Sequence record: NZ_CP071297.1
Strand: one strand, 5' to 3'
DNA: 10,126 nucleotides
Origin: a plasmid
Shown here: piece after piece, positions 1-7,202 of the stretch
Layout of the letters: the number at the start of each line of letters is the position of its first letter
Position numbering within the stretch: the first letter of the stretch is position 1
Notes under the pieces: generated by a model
Database searches by the model: none
What the model was told of the DNA's origin: nothing
What the model saw: only the letters and a program-made list of their open reading frames with translations
Program-made: the position numbers and the translations under genes

Positions 1-168
1 AAGCAAAATAGCGATTTAGAATATCTGAAACAACTTGAAGATGAAAATCTTAAATTAAGAATCGAGAACGCCTATTTAAAAGAACTGAGGAGGCTGCGTT
101 TAGAGGAGGAAGCTCTTCTGAAAAAACAGCGAGAATCATCCACAGCCTCCGAGGAGACTTCAAACTAA
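1..168 (+). CDS. IS3-family (IS150 group) transposase OrfA, C-terminal fragment; 5' end lies outside the window
   Basis: Frame 1 translates as KQNSDLEYLKQLEDENLKLRIENAYLKELRRLRLEEEALLKKQRESSTASEETSN*. This heptad-leucine segment is typical of the IS3 OrfA leucine zipper. An A6 run at 121..126 precedes the stop, and the -1 frame is open across it. Stop TAA at 166..168. Confidence 0.55.
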   Translation, partial: KQNSDLEYLKQLEDENLKLRIENAYLKELRRLRLEEEALLKKQRESSTASEETSN

Positions 169-170
169 AA

Positions 171-305
171 AATATTCTCGCAGTTACAGGATTTCCAAAA
201 GCGACATATATGTATTGGAGAAAACTTTTTGATAGAGAAAATCCAAACGAGAAACTTGAACAAAAAATTCTTGATATCAGAAAGAAAAACAAAGATTTTG
301 GCTGA
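171..305 (+). pseudogene. IS3-family transposase OrfB, N-terminal 45 codons only (truncated remnant)
   Basis: The -1 frame relative to OrfA reads KNILAVTGFPKATYMYWRKLFDRENPNEKLEQKILDIRKKNKDFG*, which resembles the start of IS3/IS150 OrfB (..YYW..). It stops at TGA 303..305, where IS3-like sequence ends and unrelated repeats begin. No DDE domain follows, so this is a remnant. Confidence 0.5.
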
Positions 306-308
306 TAT

Positions 309-491
309 AAAGGTAACTTGACTAAATCAGAGTTGCCTTTTATAATTATCAAAAACGTGCAATAAATCTATTGATAATATAACGTGCCCTAGGGGTACTG
401 GAAAGGTAACTTGACTAAATCAGAGTTGCCTTTTATAATTATCAAAAAGGTAAAATAAACTCATTGATAATATAACGTGCCCTAGAGGTAC
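309..491. repeat. Two tandem copies of a ~90-bp direct repeat, 93-bp period, a few mismatches
   Basis: Copy 1 at 309..398 and copy 2 at 402..491 (period 93 bp) share AAAGGTAACTTGACTAAATCAGAGTTGCCTTTTATAATTATCAAAAA..ATTGATAATATAACGTGCCCTAG.GGTAC. I compared them by eye and found about five mismatches. Confidence 0.85.
318..346 (+). promoter_or_regulatory. Consensus sigma-A promoter TTGACT-N17-TATAAT inside repeat copy 1; an identical one lies at 411..439 in copy 2
   Basis: TTGACT at 318..323, a 17-nt spacer, then TATAAT at 341..346. The same arrangement recurs at 411..416 and 434..439. Both fire rightward towards the ORF at 537. Confidence 0.45.
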
Positions 492-536
492 ATAGGGGCA
501 GTTATATGATTATTATATCCAGAAAGGTGGTAGCTT

Positions 537-930
537 ATGCTAGAGGACATACTAAAAAAATATGGTGGTGTAGAAGTATCTGCTATGGACGTCTATTCTG
601 ATATATTTCACTTAGGAGAAAATGAGATACAAAGACGGAATGAAGAAAAGGGAACATACAAATCTAACCCTTTGGGGTACTGGAAGAATGATAAAGATAG
701 CAAGGGGCATTATCGAATATTGTTTGATGATACCTTTGAGGAAACCTTGAAAGAGCTTCAAGAAGCAGATTTTTGTATTATGAATGGACTTTCCTACTTT
801 GGAAGAAAGAACGTGCAAGAACACGCAAGTAAAATGTATGCTATGATATTCGACCTTGACGGAGTGACAGATGAAACTCTAGGGAACTTCCTACATAGTT
901 GTTTTTCTGATTTTACTATTTATCCGTTAC
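537..930 (+). pseudogene. N-terminal fragment (131 codons) of a primase-polymerase (AEP)-like plasmid replication protein, truncated by IS insertion
   Basis: RBS AAAGGTGG sits 7 nt upstream of the ATG at 537. The motif YAMIFDLDG resembles AEP/prim-pol motif I (hhhDhD), as in Inc18-type Rep N-termini. The reading frame runs straight into the IS inverted repeat at 931, so the ORF's final 23 codons are IS-encoded. Confidence 0.35.
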
Positions 931-1738
931 GGTTCTGTTGCAAAGTCTCAAAAAGGTCATTAGTTTTTCAAGATGATTCTTATTTAAGCAGGGATTCCTA
1001 ATAGTCCTTTGATTTCTGTACAGACGGAAAAGCCAAAAAGAGACCCTTCTTTTCGGCTTTTTTTATAAATTCCTCGAATCGCTTCCATGCCTTTAATCGT
1101 GGTTGAGGCTGTTCGCAAACTTTGGTAAAATTTGTTTCTTCGCTTAATTGGACGATGGTCTTGTTTAATCAGATTATTCAGATACTTGATTGTTCGATGT
1201 TCTGTTGTTATATACAGTCCATTTTTCTGAAGCTTTCTGAAGGCACTCTTAATAGAGGGTGCTTTATCCGTTACTAGAACCTTTGGTTCTCCAAACTGGT
1301 TCTTCAGTCGTTTTAGAAAAGCATACGCAGCCTGTGTGTCGCGCTTTTTCCGTAACCAGATATCTAAGGTTAAGCCATCTACATCGATAGCGCGATATAA
1401 ATAATGCCACTTTCCTTTAATTTTGATATAAGTCTCGTCCATTTTCCATGAATAAAAGGACTGTTTGTTTTTCTTTTTCCAAATTTGATAAAGAATCTTT
1501 CCGTATTCTTGCACCCAACGGTAAATTGTGGTGTGACAAACGTGAATTCCTCGGTCATACAGAATTTCCTGCACTTCACGATAACTCAGGTTGTACCGAA
1601 GATAGTAGCCGACGGCTACGATAATCACGTCTTTTTGAAATTGTTTTCCTTTGAACTGAGTCATCTTCATTCCTCCAAGCTATCTTTTTCAATTATTTTA
1701 CCTCAAAATGAGCTTATCGGAAACTTTGCAACAGAACC
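931..1738 (-). mobile_element. IS6-family insertion sequence, IS1216/ISS1-like, copy A (808 bp)
   Basis: Terminal inverted repeats GGTTCTGTTGCAAAGT (931..946) and AAACTTTGCAACAGAACC (1721..1738). A single 228-aa DDE transposase ORF lies inside. The element appears identical by eye to copy B at 8060..8867. Confidence 0.9.
984..1670 (-). CDS. IS6-family transposase (IS1216-like), 228 aa
   Basis: MKMTQFKGKQFQKDVIIVAVGYYLRYNLSYREVQEILYDRG..WKMDETYIKIKGKWHYLYRAIDVDGLTLDIW..HRPIKRR matches the IS6/IS26-family transposase signature, with its HTH and DDE regions. An RBS GGAGG lies upstream on the minus strand. Confidence 0.93.
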   Translation of the reverse strand: MKMTQFKGKQFQKDVIIVAVGYYLRYNLSYREVQEILYDRGIHVCHTTIYRWVQEYGKILYQIWKKKNKQSFYSWKMDETYIKIKGKWHYLYRAIDVDGLTLDIWLRKKRDTQAAYAFLKRLKNQFGEPKVLVTDKAPSIKSAFRKLQKNGLYITTEHRTIKYLNNLIKQDHRPIKRRNKFYQSLRTASTTIKGMEAIRGIYKKSRKEGSLFGFSVCTEIKGLLGIPA

Positions 1739-2205
1739 TAACAGACCACCCTAAAATGTTAGTTCCACAACTTTTTGATACAGTTATTTCAGCACCTCTC
1801 ATGGAGGAAATTCTATACAGAGGTTTGTTGCTAAATGCAATTTTATTTATTGGTTTGAAACTTGGTGTATCTAAAAAATATCTGTTTGTGGTATTTCTTG
1901 TTTTATCATCTTTAATTTTTGGTTCTATCCATGCTAGCAGTAATATTCTAACATTCATTGGTTTTTCTTTATTAGGTTTAAATCTTGGGGCGCTATATCT
2001 AATATCGGGCAATCTAATTGTACCTATAACTGTTCACTTTTTAAATAACTTGTCTGCAAGTCTAAATGTTAGTAGTGATGTAAAAAGAATATCAATATTT
2101 ATCTGTCTTTTATTAATAATTTGTTTAATTGAGTATGCCTGTAAAGAAGATAGGAATATCATAAAAAAATGGGCTTTTAGTTTAAGCAAAAAAGATAAGC
2201 CATGA
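1708..2205 (+). CDS. CPBP-family (CAAX protease / Abi, PF02517-like) intramembrane protein, 3' portion; the present ATG and first 13 codons come from the IS end, and native sequence begins at 1747
   Basis: Motifs EEILYRG, FGSIHASSN and HFLNNL match the conserved EExxxR, FxxxH and HxxxN motifs of CPBP/Abi bacteriocin-immunity-type proteases, and the protein has multiple hydrophobic helices. The ATG at 1708 lies inside the IS right end and has no Shine-Dalgarno sequence, so expression of this remnant is doubtful. Confidence 0.6.
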   Translation: MSLSETLQQNLTDHPKMLVPQLFDTVISAPLMEEILYRGLLLNAILFIGLKLGVSKKYLFVVFLVLSSLIFGSIHASSNILTFIGFSLLGLNLGALYLISGNLIVPITVHFLNNLSASLNVSSDVKRISIFICLLLIICLIEYACKEDRNIIKKWAFSLSKKDKP

Positions 2206-2219
2206 AATATTTATTTTAA

Positions 2220-2257
2220 GCTCATTAGAGTACACTCTAGTGGGCTTTTTTGTTTTT
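2220..2257 (+). terminator. Rho-independent terminator after the CPBP gene; may double as part of the resolvase res site
   Basis: GCTCATTAGAGT-AC-ACTCTAGTGGGC forms a 12-bp stem with two G.U pairs and a 2-nt loop, followed by TTTTTTGTTTTT (2246..2257). Confidence 0.5.
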
Positions 2258-2316
2258 CTGATATAATAAGATTTGTAAAGGCTCATTAGAGTTTGCCAAA
2301 ATAGGGAGTGTGATTT

Positions 2317-2907
2317 ATGAGTAAAATTGGTTATGCACGAGTAAGTAGCAAAGAACAAAACCTAGATAGACAATTAGAAGCGTTACAGAGCGTTTCTAAG
2401 GTCTTTTCAGATAAAGCAAGCGGACAATCCACCGAACGTCCTCAATTACAAGCCATGCTGGACTATCTACGTGAGGGGGATATTGTCATTGTAACGGAGT
2501 TAGACCGTTTAGGGCGGAACAATAAAGACCTTACAGAGATTATGAATGCCATTCAACAAAAAGGAGCTACGCTGGAAGTCTTAAACTTGCCCTCAATGAA
2601 TGGGATTGAAGACGAAAATTTGAGACGATTAATTAATAATTTAGTCGTTGAATTATACAAATATCAAGCGGAAAGCGAACGGAAAAGAATTAAGGAAAGG
2701 CAGGCACAAGGAATTGAGTTAGCAAAGAAAAAAGGACGATTTACTGGAAGAAAAAGTACCTTTCAAAAAGACGACCCTTTACTACAAAGAGCGTTTAATC
2801 TATATCAATCAAAAGAATATACTTTAAAAGAAATTGAACATCATACTAAAATTCCAGTCAGTACACTAAAACGATATTTAACAAAGTATGGTATTAAAAG
2901 AAAATAA
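2317..2907 (+). CDS. Serine recombinase, resolvase/invertase family (196 aa)
   Basis: The N-terminus MSKIGYARVSSKEQNLDRQ carries the catalytic Ser motif, followed by ..VTELDRLGRN.. and a C-terminal HTH (..STLKRYLTKYGIKRK). RBS AGGGAG lies at 2304..2309. Confidence 0.85.
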   Translation: MSKIGYARVSSKEQNLDRQLEALQSVSKVFSDKASGQSTERPQLQAMLDYLREGDIVIVTELDRLGRNNKDLTEIMNAIQQKGATLEVLNLPSMNGIEDENLRRLINNLVVELYKYQAESERKRIKERQAQGIELAKKKGRFTGRKSTFQKDDPLLQRAFNLYQSKEYTLKEIEHHTKIPVSTLKRYLTKYGIKRK

Positions 2908-2972
2908 AAAAAGAAACCTAAAAAGGAAGTTAAATTAGACAGTTTTAAAAACAAATTCAAAGGAAAAGGAAA

Positions 2973-3263
2973 ATGAAAAAAATGAATGAACAAGAAATAA
3001 TGACAGAAGTAGAAGACTATGGACGACAAATTTTTGAAGCTATTTCCTACGCAAATGAATTTCCAGTTGTTAAAGAAAAGTTATTAATTATGTTTGATAA
3101 ATTAATTGAAGAACTATCCGAACTAATTGACGAAGACGAATTAAACGACTACAAAAAAGCAAAAGAAGTCGTTGAAAAAATTCCAGAAAATGAAGTCGAA
3201 GAATTGTGTTTTACAGTTGAAAGTTTGTACGGAGATGTTGAAAATTATCCTAGCTATTTCTAA
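2973..3263 (+). CDS. Hypothetical small, highly acidic protein (96 aa)
   Basis: RBS AAAGGA lies immediately upstream. The 96-aa product is very rich in E and D (e.g. ..EELSELIDEDELNDYKKAKEVVEKIPENEVEEL..). I recognise no family. It sits between the resolvase and mob genes. Confidence 0.5.
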   Translation: MKKMNEQEIMTEVEDYGRQIFEAISYANEFPVVKEKLLIMFDKLIEELSELIDEDELNDYKKAKEVVEKIPENEVEELCFTVESLYGDVENYPSYF

Positions 3264-3271
3264 AAAATGGG

Positions 3272-3288
3272 GATTGGGGCAACGCCCC
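3272..3288. other. GC-rich hairpin TTGGGGC-AAC-GCCCCAA
   Basis: 7-bp perfect arms with a 3-nt loop directly after the orf96 stop. It is followed by an A-run rather than a T-run on the + strand, so a + strand terminator is unlikely. It may be part of oriT or a minus-strand or bidirectional terminator. Confidence 0.3.
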
Positions 3289-3374
3289 AAAAATAAAAAG
3301 AATCGTCTGAAGCGAGGAACAAACTAAAATGTAAATTTTAGGTGTGACCGAGTGGAAGATGATTACTTTTTAAC

Positions 3375-3394
3375 CTATGTGTATATACACATAG
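3375..3394. promoter_or_regulatory. Perfect 20-bp palindrome CTATGTGTATATACACATAG upstream of mobC; candidate oriT inverted repeat or MobC operator
   Basis: The sequence is its own reverse complement. It lies about 60 bp upstream of the mobC ATG, next to TATAAT-like boxes at 3404..3409 and 3414..3419. Confidence 0.4.
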
Positions 3395-3454
3395 TAAGCT
3401 CGCTATAATATATTATAATAGAATTACTATTCTTATCTTTTCGGAGGTTTTTAC

Positions 3455-3823
3455 ATGGGTAAAAAAGCAAATAGACAAAGAAATATCGGAAAATATTTTT
3501 GTGTCAATGAGCTAGAAAATCAAATTATTGAAAAAAGAATGCAGGAAGCCAACCTAACAAATTTTGGAGAATTTGCTCGTAAGTCCTGTTTAGATAAAAA
3601 AATTTACACGGTGGATTTTTCTTCTCTTAAAGAAATTATGTCCACTATTGCGCAGGCAAATTTAGAAGTCAATCGGATTGGAAATAATCTCAATCAAATT
3701 GCCAAATATTTAAATGAATCTGAACAAAATCAAACCAAAGAATTACTCAACGAGTATCAAAAAGAAATTCAAAGTTTAGACCAAAAGTTAAGAAACATGT
3801 TGAAAAAAATAACGGAGGGATAA
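3455..3823 (+). CDS. mobC: MobC-family relaxosome accessory protein (122 aa)
   Basis: RBS GGAGG at 3444..3448. It has an N-terminal basic, RHH-like region and the ..NRIGNNLNQIAKYLN.. motif typical of MobC (PF05713). It lies immediately upstream of the relaxase, as in MOBQ operons. Confidence 0.75.
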   Translation: MGKKANRQRNIGKYFCVNELENQIIEKRMQEANLTNFGEFARKSCLDKKIYTVDFSSLKEIMSTIAQANLEVNRIGNNLNQIAKYLNESEQNQTKELLNEYQKEIQSLDQKLRNMLKKITEG

Positions 3824-3827
3824 TACC

Positions 3828-5339
3828 ATGACTGTGATTAACATGCCTAATAAATCGAAAGGAACATTACACAGTAAACAAGGACTTTCTAGCGCTTTAA
3901 AATATATTACTGACCCACAAAAAACAAATAACGGTGAATTAGTATCAGGACAAAACATAAACATTCCAAGCAATGCCTATGATGAAATGTTACTGACAAG
4001 AGAAATGGCAATTTTAGCTGGTAATCAACCAAAAGAAAATGAACGATTTGGTTTTCATTTTGTCCAATCTTTTTCGCCAGAAGATAATTTAACACCAGAA
4101 CAAGTCCATGAGATTGGTTTAAAAACCATGAAAGCTTATCTAGGCGAATCCGTAGAATTTGTTATTGCAACACATACCGACAAAGAACACTTACACAACC
4201 ATATTATTTTGAATGCCACAAATCCAAAGACACTCAAAAAATTTCAACAATCTAAAAGCCAGCTAGAAGAATTGAAAGAAATATCTGATGTTATTTCTAA
4301 AGAGTATGGTTGCAAAATTATTGACCGTAACTTAAAAAATTCTCACAAAAAATATCAAGTCTACCTTGCTAAAAATTCTTATCGAAAAGAAATAAAAAGC
4401 AAAATTAAATTCTTACTTTCTCATGCCAGCAATTGGACCGACTTTAAAAATAAAGCAACTACTTTAGGCTTGATTGTTGATGATAAAGGAAAGTACACCA
4501 CTTACCAATTGAGTGGCACTAGTCAAGAAAGAAAAGTCAGAGATAGAAGCCTAAAAAATCAAGCATTCATGAAAGAAGCCATTTCTGAACGCTTGAAAGA
4601 AAATGAAGTGGTTTATACAGAATCAGAAGTCAAAGAACTATGGGCAGAGAATCAAACCATTCAAGACAAGGAACAAGAAACAGAAATTGAAATGCTTATA
4701 GAAGATTGGCAAGTCGAAAAAGAAACAGCCGATTATTTATATGTGAATATCAACATTGGTTTAGAAAGAGAGCAACGAAAATCCGCAATCAAAATTCCAG
4801 CACGTTGCGTTGACAAATTAGAAAATGGCAATTACCAAGTTTTTCTCAAAAAACAAGACCGATTTTATTTTGTCGATAGTAAGAATCCAGAGAACAATAA
4901 AATCATGCTAGGAAAAACCGTTGCGAAAAACCTACAAAATCAAAGCGGAAGCGTACCGCTTTATTCTAACAATGCCAAAATCAAGTTAAAACAACTGTTT
5001 AACGAGTTTGATTTTCTTATTTCTAAAGGATTAGATTTTGACACTTCTTTTGAAGCGATCGGAAAAGAATTAGAACAAACCTATTACCAAACAGAAAGCA
5101 TTTTAGAAAACCTAGATAAGAAAATTCTTGAGTATGTCGAAGAAAATAAAGCCTATGCACGACCAAACACAAGAATATTAAAAACAATTGAAAACCTACA
5201 AAAGGAACGAACAGACTTACACAAGACCTTAAAACAAGTCGAAAAAGAAATGCTTTACTATGACAAGTCCGTTGACCGTTACGAAGATTATCAGCAAGAA
5301 CACACCAAAAATAAAAACCAACATTCCCCACGTTTATAA
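3828..5339 (+). CDS. mobA: MobA/MobL-family (MOBQ) conjugative relaxase, 503 aa
   Basis: RBS GGAGGG at 3814..3819. There is an N-terminal Tyr region (..SALKYITD..) and a three-His motif HTDKEHLHNHIILNATN. The C-terminal two-thirds is coiled-coil-rich, as in Firmicute MobA proteins. Confidence 0.85.
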   Translation: MTVINMPNKSKGTLHSKQGLSSALKYITDPQKTNNGELVSGQNINIPSNAYDEMLLTREMAILAGNQPKENERFGFHFVQSFSPEDNLTPEQVHEIGLKTMKAYLGESVEFVIATHTDKEHLHNHIILNATNPKTLKKFQQSKSQLEELKEISDVISKEYGCKIIDRNLKNSHKKYQVYLAKNSYRKEIKSKIKFLLSHASNWTDFKNKATTLGLIVDDKGKYTTYQLSGTSQERKVRDRSLKNQAFMKEAISERLKENEVVYTESEVKELWAENQTIQDKEQETEIEMLIEDWQVEKETADYLYVNINIGLEREQRKSAIKIPARCVDKLENGNYQVFLKKQDRFYFVDSKNPENNKIMLGKTVAKNLQNQSGSVPLYSNNAKIKLKQLFNEFDFLISKGLDFDTSFEAIGKELEQTYYQTESILENLDKKILEYVEENKAYARPNTRILKTIENLQKERTDLHKTLKQVEKEMLYYDKSVDRYEDYQQEHTKNKNQHSPRL

Positions 5340-5699
5340 ATAAGCCAATATTAAGCCCTATAAGCAATGATTACCTGTTAGTGGAAGAAATTACACTAGA
5401 AATAATTTAAAATCGCTTATAAGCTAAAATATGGGCTTCTAGGGCTATTTTAGAATCCTTTAGCACTTTAAAAACGAACTTTCGCTTTGACAAGCGAACT
5501 GCTTCTGTCGTCAAGCAGACCAACGAAGCCCAACCAAAAGACTTGCCAACACAAACCGTTGACAAGCCTTTCAGTTAGGGTATTTAGAAAGATAGGTGTT
5601 TGTTTGATGTTTTGTACTCAATGACACGTAAAGTTGCTTAGAAAGCAGAATAGGAGCTTTTAGGATTGGTCTATGTTGTTTTGCTGAACGCTTTTGATT

Positions 5700-5840
5700 T
5701 TGACCTTTTTTTTTGACCTTGATTTTAATTTTTGAAAAAAATAAAAAAAGGCGAAGCCTATTTATATTTATCTTATATATTTTAATCTTTTATATCTTTT
5801 GCGTGGAAAAAAAGTCAGTGTTTTCAAGGTAATTCGAGTT
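5700..5840. other. AT-rich tract of the theta origin (oriV), with short direct repeats TTTTGACCTT x2
   Basis: This is the lowest-GC stretch in the window (e.g. ..TTAATTTTTGAAAAAAATAAAAAAAGG..). It lies immediately upstream of the 22-bp iterons, which matches the pCI305/pWV02-type lactococcal theta replicon layout. Confidence 0.55.
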
Positions 5841-5921
5841 TATAGGTGTAGAAAAAACTGTGTATAGGTGTAGAAAAAACTGTGTATAGGTGTAGAAAAA
5901 ACTGTGTATAGGTGTAGAAAA
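5841..5921. repeat. Iterons: 22-bp TATAGGTGTAGAAAAAACTGTG x3 plus a 15-bp partial copy, i.e. 3.5 copies
   Basis: Tandem copies at 5841..5862, 5863..5884 and 5885..5906, plus a partial copy at 5907..5921. Rep_3-family lactococcal theta plasmids classically carry a 22-bp repeat 3.5 times upstream of repB. Confidence 0.88.
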
Positions 5922-5924
5922 TAT

Positions 5925-5995
5925 TTGAAATACTACACTTGTTTTGATATAATAAAAACATGAAGAAAAAACTTTTTGCAGAGCATTTCTTCATG
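5925..5995 (+). promoter_or_regulatory. repB promoter (-35 TTGAAA at 5925..5930; extended -10 TGaTATAAT at 5945..5953) with a downstream inverted repeat CATGAAGAAA..TTTCTTCATG (5959..5995), a candidate RepB auto-operator
   Basis: 17-bp spacing between -35 and -10. The 10-bp inverted-repeat arms are separated by 17 bp and span the likely transcription start, as seen in lactococcal theta replicons. Confidence 0.5.
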
Positions 5996-6029
5996 CTTAA
6001 CCAAAATCACTCACAAAGGAGCAATTACT

Positions 6030-7202
6030 ATGTCTATTATACCAAATAACAATGAATTAAACGAGAAAAAGGTGGTTTATCCCTTGAAAGAAATCGAAAA
6101 ACGAAAAATCGTGGAACATAACGACCTCATCACATCCGTTGCCAAAATGGATAAAGTTCCTTTAAAGATTTTTGAATTAGCCGTATCTTGTATTGATACG
6201 GACAATCCACCCAAAGACCATACGATTTTATTATCAAAGACTGAACTATTCGCTTTCTTTAAGGTGTCTGATAATGACAAACACAGTCGTTTTAAAGAAG
6301 CCATTGAAAAAATGCAAAAGCAAGCTTTTTTTCAGATTAAAGAAGTTAAAGGAAAAGGTTATAACATGAAAAGTATTGTTCCTATCCCTTTTGTAGAATG
6401 GAATAGCTACAATGACGAAGTAAAAATAGAATTTCATCGTGAAATTATGCCTTATTTGATTGAGCTGAAAGAAAAATTCACGCAATATGCTTTGTCTGAC
6501 CTTGTAGACTTAAATAGTAAGTACAGCATTATTCTTTATAAATGGTTGTCTATGAATTATAACCAATACGAGCATTACAGCAATAAGGGAGGACGGCGAG
6601 CCGAACAAGTGGAAAGCTACCGCAATCCCTCAATATTGGTTAAAGAATTGAGGATAATGTCTGATACCGTCAATGAGTATAAAGACTTTAGAAATTTTGA
6701 CAAATGGGTGCTAAAAAAACCAATAGAAGAAATTAACAAATATACCTCTTTTAATGTGTCTTATGAAAAGATTAAAAAAGGACGTTCGATTGATTCTATT
6801 GTCTTTCATATCACGAAGAAACCAGTCGCACGAAATGACTTCTACAAACTGGAAGAACAAGACCCTATTTATTTGCAGGATAAAGCAAATAAAGAACAAG
6901 CAGAAGAACTTTTAGCAGGGAAAGCATTAAAAAGTAAATACACGAAACTTTTGTTGGATAATATGCTATTAAGTCCTTATGAAATGACTGATACGTCACT
7001 TATGGCAGGATTGCAGGCGCACGTGTACCCTCTCTATGACGAGCTGAAAGCCCTACGAGGGTTGAATGGGGTCAAAGACCACCTCTCTTATGTGAGAGGT
7101 AAACAAGAAGCCTATTCAAAACGCAATATAGCTAAGTATCTCAAAAAAGCAATCGAACAGTACCTACCAACGGTTAAAAGGCAGGACATAGAAAATGAAT
7201 GA
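6030..7202 (+). CDS. repB: Rep_3-family theta replication initiator RepB (390 aa; start moved from the track's 5976 to the RBS-supported ATG at 6030)
   Basis: RBS AAAGGAG at 6015..6021. The N-terminus ..VEHNDLITSVAKMDKVPLKIFELAVSCID.. fits the Rep_3 signature. The gene lies directly downstream of the iterons. Confidence 0.85.
   Translation: MSIIPNNNELNEKKVVYPLKEIEKRKIVEHNDLITSVAKMDKVPLKIFELAVSCIDTDNPPKDHTILLSKTELFAFFKVSDNDKHSRFKEAIEKMQKQAFFQIKEVKGKGYNMKSIVPIPFVEWNSYNDEVKIEFHREIMPYLIELKEKFTQYALSDLVDLNSKYSIILYKWLSMNYNQYEHYSNKGGRRAEQVESYRNPSILVKELRIMSDTVNEYKDFRNFDKWVLKKPIEEINKYTSFNVSYEKIKKGRSIDSIVFHITKKPVARNDFYKLEEQDPIYLQDKANKEQAEELLAGKALKSKYTKLLLDNMLLSPYEMTDTSLMAGLQAHVYPLYDELKALRGLNGVKDHLSYVRGKQEAYSKRNIAKYLKKAIEQYLPTVKRQDIENE

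Noticed and set aside
50-352. 100-aa ORF on the minus strand
   Set aside because: It lies antisense to the IS3 orfA/orfB remnant, has low-complexity composition and has no RBS. It is a shadow ORF of the plus-strand coding frames.
309-491. The 93-bp repeats as a CRISPR-like or par(Fst)-type type I toxin-antitoxin locus
   Set aside because: There are only two repeat copies, no spacer-like unique inserts of CRISPR size, and no small hydrophobic ORF with an SD in or between them.
1725-1760. Outward hybrid promoter from the IS end (TTGCAA as -35) driving the CPBP remnant
   Set aside because: There is no acceptable -10 hexamer 16-18 bp downstream in either flank, at 1748..1753 or at 8878..8883.
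1698-2012. 104-aa minus-strand ORF overlapping the CPBP gene
   Set aside because: It is antisense to a gene with clear family motifs and has no start context.
2841-3029. 62-aa minus-strand ORF (F/L-rich)
   Set aside because: It is the complement of the A-rich resolvase 3' end and intergenic region. Its hydrophobic look is a composition artefact.
5023-5367. 114-aa minus-strand ORF inside mobA
   Set aside because: It is antisense to a well-supported relaxase gene and has no RBS. The same reasoning rejects 3788..3973, 3907..4095, 6077..6304, 6246..6485 and 6711..6899.
5976-6029. Track start of repB at 5976 (MQSISSCLTKITHKGAIT..)
   Set aside because: That ATG lies inside the promoter/operator inverted repeat and has no SD. 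The ATG at 6030 has AAAGGAG 8 nt upstream, so the start was moved.
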